A stretch of DNA of 9,760 nucleotides from the NCBI RefSeq assembly GCF_006345805.1, contig NW_021827952.1, forward strand, positions 1 through 9,760. Reading direction: 5' to 3'. A model generated the notes under the pieces. The model made no database searches and was not told the origin of the DNA. It saw only the letters and a program-made list of their open reading frames with translations. Every line of letters starts with the position of its first letter. Positions within the stretch are counted from its first letter, which is position 1. The translations under genes were made by a program, and so were the position numbers. Below, in pieces: positions 7,411 to 9,760 of the stretch. The DNA is from Octopus sinensis. Taxonomy: Eukaryota.

Positions 7411-8041
7411 TATATATATATAAAATTATGGGATATTATTTTTATATGGTGGATTATATTGCATTACATATGTCATAAGCTATGTGTTGTGTTATATGAT
7501 GGTGCTATATATAATATCATTCCATGATAACCCCTACCTAGTTAGTCTGACTTCATCCAATTTTGGTGATTACACTATTTTCCTTTCTATGACGTTCTAC
7601 CTTACGAGTCATATTATGCATATTTGTAGTGACTTATGAAAGTAAGTCTCCCTTTTGACTAAATCATACAACCCCTTAGAAAATATAACATCATGCATAC
7701 AATAACAATATTAGTTGTAATATTACAACTTATAAAACTTTTTCGGTTTGAATACTTGTAACTGCCCTCACTACCTCCATACCTAGTACCCCCTCTTTTC
7801 GGGTTACCTTTATCTCTTCCCTGCCTCTAATTTTAATCCCCTGTCCCTTTATATGTAGGTTACATATATTTCTTTTTATATTCCATAAACTCTTTTTATT
7901 TTGTTTTCTTATGAAGATATCCTTACTCGTTAACCTCTTATCGCTTATTAATTGTTATTTTTCTTGTTCGTAAATTGATATTTTTCAGTTACTCAGGTCT
8001 ACGCAAGATACTTATACTATATTCATATAAGCGTATAAATA

Positions 8042-8117
8042 TTTGTGTATATGTATATATGTATAGATGCACACACACACACACACACACATATATGTGT
8101 GTGTGTGTGCATGTATA

Positions 8118-8169
<52 letters not shown>

Positions 8170-8202
8170 TATATATATATTTATATATATATATATTATA
8201 TT

Positions 8203-8249
<47 letters not shown>

Positions 8250-8276
8250 TGTGTGTGTGTGTGTGTGTGTTTGTGT
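8042..8276. repeat. Compound (CA)n(TG)n(TA)n(GT)n microsatellite
   Basis: Direct reading; produces spurious YIYI ORFs on both strands. Confidence 0.96.
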
Positions 8277-8584
8277 GGAGGCGCAATGGCCTAGTGGTTA
8301 GGGCAGCGGACTCGCGTCGCAGGATCGCGGTTTCGATTCCCAGACCGGGCGTTGTGTGTGTTTATTGAGCGAAAACACCTAAAAGCTCCACGAGGCTCCG
8401 GCAGGGGGTAGTGGTGATCCCTGTTGTACTCTTTCACCACTCTTTCTCCCACTTTTTCTTCCTGTTGGCCTGCTCGCTTAGCCAGCGGGGTGGCGTCATT
8501 CGAAGGCTAAAACAATGCGAACGCATTGTGACCAGCGATGTGTAACAACATCTGATGGTCTGGTCGGTCACGTGATCACGTGAT
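8277..8584 (+). mobile_element. tRNA-derived SINE family C, full length
   Basis: Head ggaggcgcaaTGGCCTAGTGGttagggcagcggactcgcg..; perfect A-box at 8287-8297 and B-box-like GTTTCGATTCC at 8330-8340; loosely tRNA-Arg-like; tRNA-unrelated body; (cacgtgat)2 tail followed by (TA)n. Confidence 0.88.
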
Positions 8585-8614
8585 ATATATATATATAATA
8601 TATATATATATATA
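8584..8614. repeat. (TA)n tract after the family C SINE
   Basis: Direct reading. Confidence 0.9.
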
Positions 8615-8682
8615 AAACTCTCTTTGTATGTGTATCTGTATGCATTATTTTACACTTTACACGTAATCATATCAGCACATAT

Positions 8683-9054
8683 ACTCTTTACTCTTTTACT
8701 CTTTTACTTGTTTCAGTCATTTGACTGCGGCCATGCTGGAGCACCGCCTTTTAATCGAGCAACTCGACCCCGGGACTTATTCTTTGTAAGCACAGTGCTT
8801 ATTCTGTCGGTCTCTTTTGCCGAACCGCTAAGTGACGGGGACATAAAGACACCAGCATCGGTTGTCAAGCAATGCTAGGGACACCACAGACACACAAACC
8901 ACACACATGCATATATTTATATATATATATATATACAACAGCTTCTTCTTTCAGTTTCTGTCTACCAAATCCCCTCACAAGGCTTTGGTTGGCCCCGAGA
9001 CTATAGTAAAAGACACTTGCCAAGGTGCCACGCATTGGCTGAACCCGGAATCAT
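8683..9054 (-). mobile_element. tRNA-derived SINE family B, 5'-truncated (lacks A box)
   Basis: Reverse complement of the 7025-7410 element: (ctctttta)n tail at 8683-8708, tgtttcagtcatttgactgcggccatgctggagcaccgcc, and cacttgccaaggtgccacgca...gaacccggaa ending near 9054. Confidence 0.9.
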
Positions 9055-9377
9055 ACTTTCGAGTATTTATTTTTTTTATACTTTAGATTTTGTAAAATAT
9101 GTCTATGTATTATCATCATCTCAATATCCCCGCTTCTGATTCTAGGCTCAAAATCAATAGATAGTAAGTATATCTTTCCAGATATTCCACATGTAAGTGC
9201 CTTGAGCAGTCTTTATAGAAACCACCTAATGATTAATTAATCAAGTACAAGAATGGCCGTTAAACTGATTCTACATAATCTTCCCTTTTAATGTTTATAA
9301 TTGGTACATACACACCTTTTAGCTACATGGGTTTGATATCATTTAGAATTCTTAATTTTATTTTATACACATAACAA

Positions 9378-9760
9378 TATTGTTTATAAACGTCCCTCAT
9401 TGTGCTCCTAATCAATTTTCCCCGTATTAGCATCTTATGTTTTCTAGTGTCTTGCCCCTTTAACAGGTAATTAACACCATGATTTAAAGTCTACCCCTAC
9501 CAACGTTTTTTTTTTATAGATAGTTACTCTTCTATCAAATTGACTCTTTCTAATGTCTTATTTCCTTTCTCTTGTGGAAAGGGATAACTATGATAATATT
9601 TATGACCATACCTAGCCATGCACTGTCAACTCACTCTTGTTCTTTATTCAAAATAGACAGTCTTCTAGTCACAGATTTAATAGATATAAAGTGATAAATA
9701 AATCAGAAATGAATTATAGCCCTTACAAACCTATGATCCACTATGCTCCTGCGATTCTAA
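9378..9760 (-). pseudogene. Second decayed Penelope-like fragment (RT thumb/linker region), inverted relative to 5630-6947
   Basis: The reverse complement of 9378-9608 aligns with 5630-5850 (e.g. caagagaaaggaaataagacattag, ggtaggggtagactttaa, taagatgctaatac, cgtttataaacaata). Upstream on the minus strand it reads SIKSVTRRLSILNKEQE (about 9634-9684), like the PLE thumb motif I..RLS.LS..EE. It may extend toward 9060 and beyond the window end. Confidence 0.6.

Noticed and set aside
8277-8350. Functional tRNA gene
   Set aside because: A/B boxes are present, but I could not form an acceptor stem or a canonical cloverleaf, and it continues into a SINE body and tail.
8023-8368. YIYI-rich ORFs on both strands
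   Set aside because: (TA)n/(CA)n artefacts.
9188-9200. 13-bp exact match cacatgtaagtgc to 6923-6935
   Set aside because: About one such match is expected by chance in 10 kb, and the flanks do not align convincingly.

Overview
Eukaryotic, repeat-dense non-coding DNA with no intact host gene, no prokaryotic features and no CRISPR. The tRNA-derived SINE families and the microsatellite load look like an Octopus (coleoid cephalopod) genome; this is inferred from recalled repeat sequences, not from a search. Contents: (1) three SINE families: family A as a tandem trimer (889-1520) and a monomer (2502-2734), each with a 16-bp TSD; family B as two inverted copies (7025-7410, 8683-9054) plus an old remnant; family C as one copy (8277-8584). 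(2) A decayed Penelope-like element (PLE) C-terminus (linker, Cys knuckle, GIY-YIG endonuclease) at 5630-6947, which the ORF track mostly misses because microsatellite expansions and a 300-bp fold-back insertion split it. (3) A second, inverted PLE fragment at 9378-9760. (4) A ~515-bp tandem duplication bounded by (CA)n, possibly an assembly artefact. (5) Four co-oriented copies of an old ~150-185 bp repeat and many microsatellites. The most unusual item is the SINE trimer: one TSD pair encloses it, and its two identical junctions are self-complementary. All alignments were done by eye.
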